A stretch of 64,000 bases of DNA from a bacterium (GTDB lineage Bacteria > Hinthialibacterota > Hinthialibacteria > Hinthialibacterales > Hinthialibacteraceae). The notes under the pieces are model-generated. The model had not been told where the DNA came from. It saw only the letters and a program-made list of their open reading frames with translations, and made no database searches. A program made the translations under genes and the position numbers. Below are positions 40,076 through 48,636 of this stretch, one piece after another. Each line of letters opens with the position of its first letter. Position 1 is the first letter of the stretch. The stretch lies in NCBI GenBank assembly GCA_963662285.2, contig CAXXMV010000001.1:1024001-1088000 (forward strand). Direction: 5' to 3'.

Positions 40076-41236
40076 TTATTTTTGATCCGAACTAGATCCG
40101 ACGATTATATTATCATCATCAAAGTTATCTATTGACTCGCCTTTTTCATAAAAATGAATGGCGTTTTCTTTGATCTTCTCAGCGCTGTAAAAGGGGCTGC
40201 TTTGATCCATAGGCAGTTTAACCGTCTGATCCAAAGTGGCCGCCTGGTAAATCGACATCACTAATTCCAGCGTCTTGCGTCCTTCATTGCCGTCTACCAG
40301 AACCTTGCCGCCCGTCTCTATAGCGGTCAAGACATCGTCGAACTCGCCATCATATAATTCGTATTGCAGGTTTGGAACTTGCTGGTAAATCTGCTCGATC
40401 TCATTTTCCAACTCTACGTTCTGATCGGGGAACCCATTACTGCGCGGGGTGGAAGCATAGACTTTCCAGGGGAAAGAGATACGCGCTTTCTCGGCTTGAA
40501 ACACTATCTGCTGTTCTTCGCCATGATGCACCACCGAACTGGTTATCTGAGCCAGGGCGCCATTGTTATATTTCAACAGGCCGATAGAGAGGTCTTCGAC
40601 TTCGGCGTTGTCGTGGGCGGTGTTGCTCATTACCGCGCGGATTTCTGATGGCATCCCCATCATCCATTGGAACATATCGATATGATGAACGGCGTGATTG
40701 AGAGTGCAGCCGCCGCCTTCTTTCTCCCATGTGCCGCGCCACCATAAATCGTAGTAACTATGCCCGCGCCACCAGAAGGATTCGACTTGGGCATGAAGCA
40801 CTTTGCCTGCAATTCCTGAATCGATTACCGCTTTCAATTTTTGGATGGGATCGCGGAAGCGGTTCTGAGCGATAATAGCCAGTTTCTTACCGCTCTGTTC
40901 GCTGGCGACTATCATAGCGTCGCATTCAGCCAGAGACGGCGCCATAGGCTTTTCGCAGATCACATGCTTGCCTGCGTTTAAGCAATCAATGCTGATCTGC
41001 GCATGGGTATATGGCGGCGTACAGACTGAAACCAGTTGGATTTGTGGATCATCCAATATTTTTTTATAATCCTCATATATGGGGACGGATAAACCGAATT
41101 CCTCGATCTTTTTAAGAGCTTTGTCGGGATAAGTATCTGAACAGGCGACAATCTCGCAACGTTCTGGAAACTTTTGATAGGTTTCTATATGGGTGCGTGA
41201 TATACCGCCCAAACCGATAATGGCTATTTTTATCAT
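40076..41236 (-). CDS. Gfo/Idh/MocA family oxidoreductase
   Basis: IIGLGGI, GKHVICEKPMA, AQNRF, EGGGCTLNHAVHHID. Confidence 0.92.
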   Translation of the reverse strand: MIKIAIIGLGGISRTHIETYQKFPERCEIVACSDTYPDKALKKIEEFGLSVPIYEDYKKILDDPQIQLVSVCTPPYTHAQISIDCLNAGKHVICEKPMAPSLAECDAMIVASEQSGKKLAIIAQNRFRDPIQKLKAVIDSGIAGKVLHAQVESFWWRGHSYYDLWWRGTWEKEGGGCTLNHAVHHIDMFQWMMGMPSEIRAVMSNTAHDNAEVEDLSIGLLKYNNGALAQITSSVVHHGEEQQIVFQAEKARISFPWKVYASTPRSNGFPDQNVELENEIEQIYQQVPNLQYELYDGEFDDVLTAIETGGKVLVDGNEGRKTLELVMSIYQAATLDQTVKLPMDQSSPFYSAEKIKENAIHFYEKGESIDNFDDDNIIVGSSSDQK

Positions 41237-41412
41237 TTCGCTAAATCCTTTTATTGTGTACAGTATGTTAAGAGATATATATTACCATAGTCCTTATCCA
41301 ATGAAAAACCTTATTCATTGAATATTGAGCCTGGACAATCACTTGACGCAGCCAATTTGACGTAAGATACTTCTTGCATTACAAAAATAAAATCATTTAC
41401 CACGGGATAGCA

Positions 41413-42579
41413 ATGACCAAACATGAATGGATTAAAGCAGTTTTGAATGGCAATAAAGACGTCCCCGTCCCCCAACACTGGATGTCTTTTTTTAACGGTG
41501 AAGTCGCCAAAAAACTAAGCCCTGAGGAATGTCATTACGCACCCATGTGGATGTATGACGCTCCTGAACATTTTGATATGACGGCCATGGGACCTGATGC
41601 GCTGGATAAGATGATCCAATTCAATAATTATACCGGGCGTTGTTTTTCATGCTTGGGCAAAGGCGCCAATATCAGCTGGGGGCATGGCGGTCCGGGCGAA
41701 TTCTTTTGCAAATTAATCAGCCGCAGTGAAAATGAATTAATCGCTGAATATGAAACCGGCGTCCGGGCCAAAGTTCAGTTTAATCCCCATTTTTATCATA
41801 ATTACGACCACCCGGTTAAGACGCTCGATGACCTGGATAATCTTCAGTTGCCCGATCCAAACGACCCACAACGATACCTAGGCTTCGCCGAAGATGTGCG
41901 CTATTTGAAATCCAAGGGCGAATATGTGGTCGGCTCGCTTAACGGCTTCTTTTCCGGCATTCATTATTTTTTGATGGAATATACCGAGACGCTGATGGCG
42001 CTGATCGATAACCAAGAACTGATTACCGCCCTGCTGGACCGTTTGGGCGAATGGAATATCACCGCAGCCAAAAAGATGATCGAATGTGGCGCCGACTGCG
42101 TTTGCCTTTGTGATGACCTGGGATCAAAAACCTCCCTGCTGATGAGGCCAGCGCTTTACCGGGAATTCTTCAAGCCCTGGCATAAAAAACTGTGCGATGA
42201 AGTTCACACGCTCGGCGGCGACATCCATCTACACAGCCATGGCGCAATCGCCAAGATTCTTGATGACCTGGTTGAATGCGGTTTCGATTTCATCAATCCC
42301 TTCGATCCTGAAGAGAAAAACGATATCAACCTGCTGATGGAAAAGTATTCGCCCCATTTTGTAGTCGTAGGAGGCTTCCCCGCCAGCTTCTGGGAATGGG
42401 AAAACCGGGAACAGGAAGATTATCTCAAACGCATCGCTGATCTAGGGAAAAAACATGGGCGCCTGATATTTATGGATTCCGGAGGCATCCCTGAAAATGT
42501 ATCGCCTGAAGATTTCGCACGAGTAAGCCAGATAAGCCGCCAATTCCGGGGAGTGGACGAACATCCCGGTTTGATTTGA
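41413..42579 (+). CDS. Uroporphyrinogen decarboxylase/MtaA-CmuA superfamily protein
   Basis: LPDP..RY, CDDLGSK..LMRPALYREFFKPW, HLHSHG, GFDFINP; start set at the ATG at 41413. Confidence 0.8.
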   Translation: MTKHEWIKAVLNGNKDVPVPQHWMSFFNGEVAKKLSPEECHYAPMWMYDAPEHFDMTAMGPDALDKMIQFNNYTGRCFSCLGKGANISWGHGGPGEFFCKLISRSENELIAEYETGVRAKVQFNPHFYHNYDHPVKTLDDLDNLQLPDPNDPQRYLGFAEDVRYLKSKGEYVVGSLNGFFSGIHYFLMEYTETLMALIDNQELITALLDRLGEWNITAAKKMIECGADCVCLCDDLGSKTSLLMRPALYREFFKPWHKKLCDEVHTLGGDIHLHSHGAIAKILDDLVECGFDFINPFDPEEKNDINLLMEKYSPHFVVVGGFPASFWEWENREQEDYLKRIADLGKKHGRLIFMDSGGIPENVSPEDFARVSQISRQFRGVDEHPGLI

Positions 42580-42598
42580 TGTTGATGAGTCATAGAAA

Positions 42599-42757
42599 GG
42601 GTGCCAAGGGCAGTGTATTTTCTGCCCTTGATTGAATCACACTTATATATTTTCAAAATTCCTACCAAGAATCCACACGAAAAACAGAATCATTGGATTG
42701 ACTTGGTTTATCAAAGGTTGTCCGTCAAGGGCAGACAGGACACTGCCCTTGGCACCC
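42599..42757. mobile_element. 159-bp MITE/REPIN-like element with 33-bp terminal inverted repeats
   Basis: Left gggtgccaagggcagtgtattttctgcccttga versus reverse complement of right end gggtgccaagggcagtgtcctgtctgcccttga; each arm is itself palindromic. Confidence 0.7.
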
Positions 42758-42799
42758 AAATATCACATTATTTAAAGAATCGATAAAATCGCAACAGGT

Positions 42800-42842
42800 G
42801 GATTCCAAGGGCAAGACCGCATAGCGGTCAGCCCTTGAAACC
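42800..42842. repeat. Third related palindrome (caagggc...gcccttg core)
   Basis: ggattccaagggcaagaccgcatagcggtcagcccttgaaacc folds as a long hairpin sharing the core of the adjacent element. Confidence 0.6.
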
Positions 42843-42890
42843 ATCCGCTTCAATTCTATAACCCCATATCCAGGTATAATTTGACCGTGC

Positions 42891-44138
42891 TTAAATCTTA
42901 GGCAACTCCCACGGCGAGCGGCGGTCGCGGTCAATATAGGTATTAGCGTCTTTGTCGCCGACGAATACTTCTTTATTTGGATCCCATTGCAATTTACGCT
43001 GCGTCCAGCGCGCAATGTTTATCAGATGGCATACCGTAGTTGATCGATGCGCCTCTTCAACATCGGCGATAGGCAACTCGCGGCTGCGTACGCAATCCAG
43101 GAAATTCTGCTGATGGTTATGACTGACGGGCAGTTTTATCTTGGTTTCTACTTTACCTAATTCTTCCGGATCAACTTTATACTTACCACGGTCAACCAAA
43201 ATAGAACCTTTTTCACCGACGAACAGGCCGCCGCCTTGTGGTCCCTTGTTATCCAATTTCAACAGGACGCCGTTGGCGTATTTCATGTTGACCACTTTAT
43301 CAAGAATCAGGGGATTACCTTCAGCCCATATTTCGACAGGGCCGGTTTTTTCCATTCCCAGCGCCCATTGAATCATATCCAGGCCATGCGCTCCCCAGCC
43401 GGTTACCTCGCCGCCCGAGTATGGCAGGATGGAAATCCAACCCGGCTTGGCGCGAGGCGTGTAGAGATCAGTGTGATATCCCCGTTTTTCGCATGGTCCA
43501 AGCCATCTATCCCAATCGAGACCTTCAGGCGTGGGTTGAGATGGGAAGGGTTGCTCCCAGGGGCTGGGGTAGTTGGCGCCATGCACCGTATGAATTTTGC
43601 CGACAACCTCGTTACGCACCAGCTCGCAACCGATACGGCTTTTTGCGTCTGATCTTTGTTGGCTGCCGCATTGAACAATGCATTTATATTTTCGCGCTGC
43701 ATCAGACATGGCGCGTCCTTCGGTGATGGTCAACGTCATAGGTTTTTCGACGTAGACGTCTTTTTTCGCCATACAGGCGTAGATGGAACATAAGGCATGC
43801 CAATGATCCGGGGTGGCGATGATGACTGCATCGACGTCTTTCGATTCAAGCAGCTGGCGGAAATCCTGATATTTCGCCCATTTCTTGCCTTGCGCGACCT
43901 TATCCATCCGGTCTTTATTCACATCGCTGATAGCGACGTATTGAAAGCCTTTAAGACGCTGAAAGTCTCCCATCAACTGGCCGCCGCGACGTCCAGGACC
44001 AATAACGCCCATACCAATAGTATCATTAGCGCCAAAAACTTTGGATGATACAATCATCGGCGCGGCCAATGCGACGGCGCTGGCGCTGCTCCCATTCTTT
44101 AGAAAACTTCTTCGAGAAACCTGTTTCGTGGTTTTCAT
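42891..44138 (-). CDS. Tat-exported Gfo/Idh/MocA oxidoreductase
   Basis: SRRSFLK twin-arginine signal; IATPDHWH, VYVEKP, GSQQRS, WGAHGLD. Confidence 0.92.
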   Translation of the reverse strand: MKTTKQVSRRSFLKNGSSASAVALAAPMIVSSKVFGANDTIGMGVIGPGRRGGQLMGDFQRLKGFQYVAISDVNKDRMDKVAQGKKWAKYQDFRQLLESKDVDAVIIATPDHWHALCSIYACMAKKDVYVEKPMTLTITEGRAMSDAARKYKCIVQCGSQQRSDAKSRIGCELVRNEVVGKIHTVHGANYPSPWEQPFPSQPTPEGLDWDRWLGPCEKRGYHTDLYTPRAKPGWISILPYSGGEVTGWGAHGLDMIQWALGMEKTGPVEIWAEGNPLILDKVVNMKYANGVLLKLDNKGPQGGGLFVGEKGSILVDRGKYKVDPEELGKVETKIKLPVSHNHQQNFLDCVRSRELPIADVEEAHRSTTVCHLINIARWTQRKLQWDPNKEVFVGDKDANTYIDRDRRSPWELPKI

Positions 44139-44181
44139 GGTTGTCTCCTTATAATCAAATCATTTTATTAAAACAGAATTA

Positions 44182-45252
44182 CTATTCATTCTCAATTATT
44201 TGCATGGCGCCTTTTATATAACCTATGGCATAAGCCATCCCCGCATGCCAGGGAGCATTACATATCATTTGCGGAGTGTGGTCAGGTATCAAGACGCCGT
44301 TGTAACCGTTCTTATGTAGAATCCTCAGAATCTTCACCATATCAATATCGCCTTCATCAATGAAGACTTCACGATAGTCTGGAACTTTACCTTTTACATT
44401 ACGGAAATGCACATAGGCAAGAGCATTTTGTTTGCTGTAGATATCAGTGGTTTCATAGATATCGCCCTGCGACATCTCTTGCAGAGTACCCAGGCAAAAC
44501 TCCAATGCATTGTAGTGACTGGGGTACGCGTCCAATATTTTTTGATATAAATGCGGCTGATTCACTAACCTACCGTGACCGCGTAATGTCGGGGTGGGTG
44601 GATCATCCGGATGGGCGGCCAGCCGGACGCCGGATGCTTCAGCTACGGGAACAACCTCTTTCAAAAAGGCTGCATGGCGCCGCCATAATTCCTCAGATGA
44701 TACAGGCGCAACCTGCCCCGTTTCAGCGTCGGGATCATATACCATGTTCCATATTTGACCATTGGGAATCGGCGTTTCTTTAGGACCTTGAGCGCCGAGA
44801 AAACCAACTGACTCGGCGCCGCCTCTGGCGTAGGGGCCGTTCACATGCCCCCAAACTCCAGCGATGCTGAAATTATATCCCATGACAGGGATGCCGATCT
44901 TCCCCATACGCATGATAATAGTCTTAATATTCTCGATCTGCTCAACACGTTTGGGGCCATCAAGCAGAATATCATACCAATGAGATGGATCAAAATTTTC
45001 TATCGCTTCTAATTCCAGACCTTCATTGTTGATGCGGGTTTTGATATCGAGCAGTTCTTCTTCAGACCAGAGGTTATCCTGATTATTACTTATTCCCCAG
45101 GTACGGATTTCATCGGTTCCATGCAGCAGTTCACCAGCAAAATAGTTCACCATGTGCGCGATGATATGGGTGCAGCCCGCTTGTCTGGCGAAGCGGAAGT
45201 TATCCGTAGTCAACATGTGACGGTATAAACCCAAACCAATCTTCATTGTCAT
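44182..45252 (-). CDS. uxuA: Mannonate dehydratase (UxuA family)
   Basis: GYNF, VRLAAHPDDPP, FCLGT, VHFRNVKG, FIDEGDIDM, PDHTP, YAIGYIKG; start moved to 45252 (or 45246), downstream of the SDR stop. Confidence 0.85.
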   Translation of the reverse strand: MTMKIGLGLYRHMLTTDNFRFARQAGCTHIIAHMVNYFAGELLHGTDEIRTWGISNNQDNLWSEEELLDIKTRINNEGLELEAIENFDPSHWYDILLDGPKRVEQIENIKTIIMRMGKIGIPVMGYNFSIAGVWGHVNGPYARGGAESVGFLGAQGPKETPIPNGQIWNMVYDPDAETGQVAPVSSEELWRRHAAFLKEVVPVAEASGVRLAAHPDDPPTPTLRGHGRLVNQPHLYQKILDAYPSHYNALEFCLGTLQEMSQGDIYETTDIYSKQNALAYVHFRNVKGKVPDYREVFIDEGDIDMVKILRILHKNGYNGVLIPDHTPQMICNAPWHAGMAYAIGYIKGAMQIIENE

Positions 45253-45272
45253 CAGAAGCAATCCCTTCCAAC

Positions 45273-46031
45273 CTAAAAACCAATATTGGTTCCACCATCT
45301 ACGGGCAGCACGACGCCTGTTATATATTTCGCAACAGGGGAGCATAGATACGCAGCGGCGTAACCGACATCTTCCGCTTCACCCATGCGATCCATGGGAG
45401 TGCGCTCCAACGCATGATGCATCCGTTTGGAATCATCGGCTGACTGGCTTTGACCATCGTCGGTTATCAAGCCCGGAGCAATAGCATTCACCCGGACATT
45501 CTGAGGAGAAAACTCGGTTGACAAAGTACGCACCAGTCCGGTCTGAGCCGATTTGGCAGCTGCATAAGCCATTGGTTGAGGAAGCCCGAACATAGGCGAC
45601 ATCGCAACTATAAATATGATGGAACCATGCTTACGTTCGAGCATAGCCGGGGCGACAGCTCTGGTTAGAGCAAATGAACTCGTGACATGAGTATTTAAAA
45701 TATCAAACAATTCTTTATCGGTCGTGTCCAGCGATGGTTTTCTTAAATCAATGCCTGAATTGTTGATCAATATTGTCGGCGCTCCGATTTCATCCTTTAT
45801 ACGGCTAATAAAACCGGTGAATTTATCTGATTCAGTTATGTCAAACTCATAAGAAGAGGCTAGTGAGCCAATTTCTTGAACAGCTTGTTTTCCAACTGAT
45901 TTACTGAACTCAGCGATGACAACTTTGGCGCCCATTTGAGAGAGGCATTTCGATATCGCGAGACCAAGGCCGCTGCCTCCATCAGTAATTAATGCGATCT
46001 CACCGTCTAATGAAAATGGATATTGCTTCAT
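45273..46031 (-). CDS. SDR family oxidoreductase (gluconate 5-dehydrogenase-like) with degenerate motifs
   Basis: ITDGGSGLG, INNSG, YAAAK, VRVNAIAPG, YITGVVLPVDGG. Confidence 0.85.
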   Translation of the reverse strand: MKQYPFSLDGEIALITDGGSGLGLAISKCLSQMGAKVVIAEFSKSVGKQAVQEIGSLASSYEFDITESDKFTGFISRIKDEIGAPTILINNSGIDLRKPSLDTTDKELFDILNTHVTSSFALTRAVAPAMLERKHGSIIFIVAMSPMFGLPQPMAYAAAKSAQTGLVRTLSTEFSPQNVRVNAIAPGLITDDGQSQSADDSKRMHHALERTPMDRMGEAEDVGYAAAYLCSPVAKYITGVVLPVDGGTNIGF

Positions 46032-46090
46032 GCGTTATCGGTTACTCCGTGAATCAAATTTTTTTATCTATGCCATCAAGCCTTCGTTAT

Positions 46091-47233
46091 TTATGTCTGC
46101 ACCGAAATGTTCTCAAGTTTTTGTATATTCAAAATAGCGGCGCCTGTCGATTGGCGTTCAATCAGTTTTGTCCCTAGCAAAACGGTTTCCTGAGCTTTTT
46201 TAGGATGCCGTAAACGTTCCAGAAGGATTTGTAACGCCCTGATTCCCATATCCTGCTTTTCAATATGCACTGTAGTTAACGATGGCCGGCAGTTCTCTGC
46301 GATTGTAACATTATCAATACCGCAAACGCTTATCTTTTCAGGGATGCGGATGCCGCAATCCTGCAACTCATTCATGGCGCCAATCGCCATCATATCGTTG
46401 CCCGCCGCCACCGCTGTGAATGGTATATTCTTACGCAACGCTTTTTGAATCATATCCCTTCCAGACTGCGATTGCTTACCGCCTTTAAGAATATGAATCT
46501 GGTTGTCGCTATCCCGGCAGTAGATTTCCTGAAAACCAGACAACCTCTCTTCATAAGCGATATTATCTGGCTCTCCACTCAGATACAGGCATTGCTTATG
46601 ACCTTGCTCCATCAAATGCCTAGCCACTTTGCCGCCAATCTCTTTTTGATTGGAGGTCACGCAGTCGAAAGGATATTGTGATGATCTAAAGTTTATTAAT
46701 ACGCAGGGTAAATGAATTTTAACCAGATAATCCAGAAAAGCCGACGGCATTTGACCCGCCACAATGATTCCCGAGAGGTTTTTTAATATTGAATAGCGTT
46801 TAACAATCTGTAATTCGGAACTAATATTTTCGCCTTTAATGAAAGCGAGGTGAACCTGCCGGTTTTGAGCGGCTTGAGTAACGCCCATTAATATCTGAGA
46901 ATAAAATGGGTCTTCTTCAATGAATCTCTCCGGGCGTAACGCAAAGCCAATGGAATATTTTATATTATCGCTGGGTTCGTTGGCTACTACAAATGTACCT
47001 CTGCCGCGCACCGCTTCAACCATTCCCAATTGGTTTAATTTTTCCAGTGCTTTTCTAACTGTCATACGGCTTAAACCCGACATGTCGCAGATTTCTTTTT
47101 CGGTCGGGAGAAATCCACCAATTATAATCTGCCCACTTTGCACCAAACTAACGATTTGGTCGGTCAACTGCTGATAAGTGGGTATTGGAGAATTTCGGTC
47201 AATAACAAAAGCGAAATTATTTTGATCTTTCAA
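46091..47233 (-). CDS. GntR wHTH plus LacI-type sugar-binding regulator (AraR-like architecture)
   Basis: LPTEKE...SRMTVRKAL...RGRGTFV N-terminus; NDMMAIG, IPEKISVCGIDN, PSLTTV, LIERQST C-terminus. Confidence 0.9.
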   Translation of the reverse strand: MKDQNNFAFVIDRNSPIPTYQQLTDQIVSLVQSGQIIIGGFLPTEKEICDMSGLSRMTVRKALEKLNQLGMVEAVRGRGTFVVANEPSDNIKYSIGFALRPERFIEEDPFYSQILMGVTQAAQNRQVHLAFIKGENISSELQIVKRYSILKNLSGIIVAGQMPSAFLDYLVKIHLPCVLINFRSSQYPFDCVTSNQKEIGGKVARHLMEQGHKQCLYLSGEPDNIAYEERLSGFQEIYCRDSDNQIHILKGGKQSQSGRDMIQKALRKNIPFTAVAAGNDMMAIGAMNELQDCGIRIPEKISVCGIDNVTIAENCRPSLTTVHIEKQDMGIRALQILLERLRHPKKAQETVLLGTKLIERQSTGAAILNIQKLENISVQT

Positions 47234-47431
47234 TTATTCATCCTTTGCTATGAGTTTAATAAGAGATCAAATCGATCAAAAGATTGCTCAACTTATATTG
47301 ATACCATATACAAATAAAAAACGCAAGCAGCTGACTTATTTCAAAGATTTTTTATTTTCAATGAGCAGCACAACCAGTAACTTATATCATAACAGCATGT
47401 TACAGACAATTACACAATTACTAAACCATGG

Positions 47432-47460
47432 TTGACATATTTAACTGAGTATGATATTTT
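47432..47460 (+). promoter_or_regulatory. Sigma70-type promoter for the 47517 gene
   Basis: TTGACA (47432-47437), 17-bp spacer, TGnTATTTT extended -10. Confidence 0.6.
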
Positions 47461-47475
47461 ATCCAAAATCACAAC

Positions 47476-47491
47476 ATTTGTATATACATAT
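47476..47491. promoter_or_regulatory. Candidate operator for the divergent GntR-LacI regulator
   Basis: ATTTGTATATACATAT, a palindromic TGTA-TA-TACA core just downstream of the promoter, resembling AraR/HutC-type GntR boxes. Confidence 0.55.
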
Positions 47492-47516
47492 CCAAAGAAA
47501 CAGGAGAACTTTTCAC

Positions 47517-48428
47517 ATGACGCTCATTAAAAGATATTGTTTACTACTCAGTTGCATAGCCTTGCTGTCCGTTAGTTACGCAGCCGCTCAGGATGATTTA
47601 ACATTACGCGCCGAAACCAAAGATAGCGGCGTCTCCATATATGTCGGCGATAAACTGTTTACTCATTATAGAACATTACCTGATTGGAAATATCCCTATT
47701 TCTATCCAGTTAACGGTCCGTCATCCAACCAAAGCCTAACAACAGAAACATCTGAACCATACCCGCATCATCACTCCCTGTTTTTTGGATGCGATAAAGT
47801 CAATGGCGGCAACTATTGGCAGGAAGGTTTAGAGCGCGGTCAAATACTATCAAAGAAAATCAACTTAATTAAAAAAGAAGGCGCTCAGATTATTTTTGAA
47901 GACCAATGCCGTTGGGAACGCCCCGGCGCCGAACCTCCCATCGAAGACGCCCGCAAGATAATCATCAGCGCTCCTTCTAAAGATATCAGACTTATCGATT
48001 TCACCATCTCCCTCAAGGCTTTGATGGACGTGAAAATCGAGAAAACCAATCATTCCCTATTCTCCGCCAGAATGAAACCTGAATTATCCGTTCAACAAGG
48101 CGGAACCTTGATCAATGCCGATGGCCTGACATCAGAAAAGGGAACTTTTGGACAAGCCTCTCCCTGGTGCGACTATTCAGGCAAGCGGGATGGCAAAATT
48201 GAAGGACTGGCTATTTTATCCCATCCCAGCAACCGTTGGTTCCCTGAAAAATGGTTCACCCGCGATTACGGTTTCTTCTCACCAACTCCAATGTATTGGC
48301 CTGAAGGCGATCACACCGCCATCAAAAAAGGCGAAATCATCACATTACGCTATCGCGTCGTAGCTCATAGTGGAAACTCCGAGAGCGCGAAAATCCAATC
48401 AATTTATGAACAATGGAAAACTCGATAA
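47517..48428 (+). CDS. Secreted PmoA-like/DUF6807 family protein (carbohydrate-associated, not methane monooxygenase)
   Basis: AGGAG SD before 47517; signal peptide; YPYFYPVNGP, HHHSLFF, WCDYSG, HPSN..WFTRDYG. Confidence 0.8.
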   Translation: MTLIKRYCLLLSCIALLSVSYAAAQDDLTLRAETKDSGVSIYVGDKLFTHYRTLPDWKYPYFYPVNGPSSNQSLTTETSEPYPHHHSLFFGCDKVNGGNYWQEGLERGQILSKKINLIKKEGAQIIFEDQCRWERPGAEPPIEDARKIIISAPSKDIRLIDFTISLKALMDVKIEKTNHSLFSARMKPELSVQQGGTLINADGLTSEKGTFGQASPWCDYSGKRDGKIEGLAILSHPSNRWFPEKWFTRDYGFFSPTPMYWPEGDHTAIKKGEIITLRYRVVAHSGNSESAKIQSIYEQWKTR

Positions 48429-48636
48429 CATTAATTTTTATTATAATTTGAAAGGAGGTGAATATCTGCAAAGAGCAAATCACAATCTTATTGTTGCAGA
48501 GATTAACTAAGAAATGCAAAAAATAAGACAACATTGAATTCTAATTGAGTAACAAATTAAATCATCCAGTTTGCCGGGAATGGATTACTCTTGCTGATAC
48601 AACGGAGAGAAACTGGACAATAGGGAGGTTTGATTT

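Noticed and set aside
42420-43015. Short ORFs over the inverted-repeat element as a possible transposase remnant or toxin
   Set aside because: No transposase motifs or hydrophobic toxin-like helix; they run through the repeats by chance
47517-48428. Methane oxidation inferred from the PmoA family label
   Set aside because: Soluble secreted protein in a sugar locus; no pmoC/pmoB and no multi-TM topology
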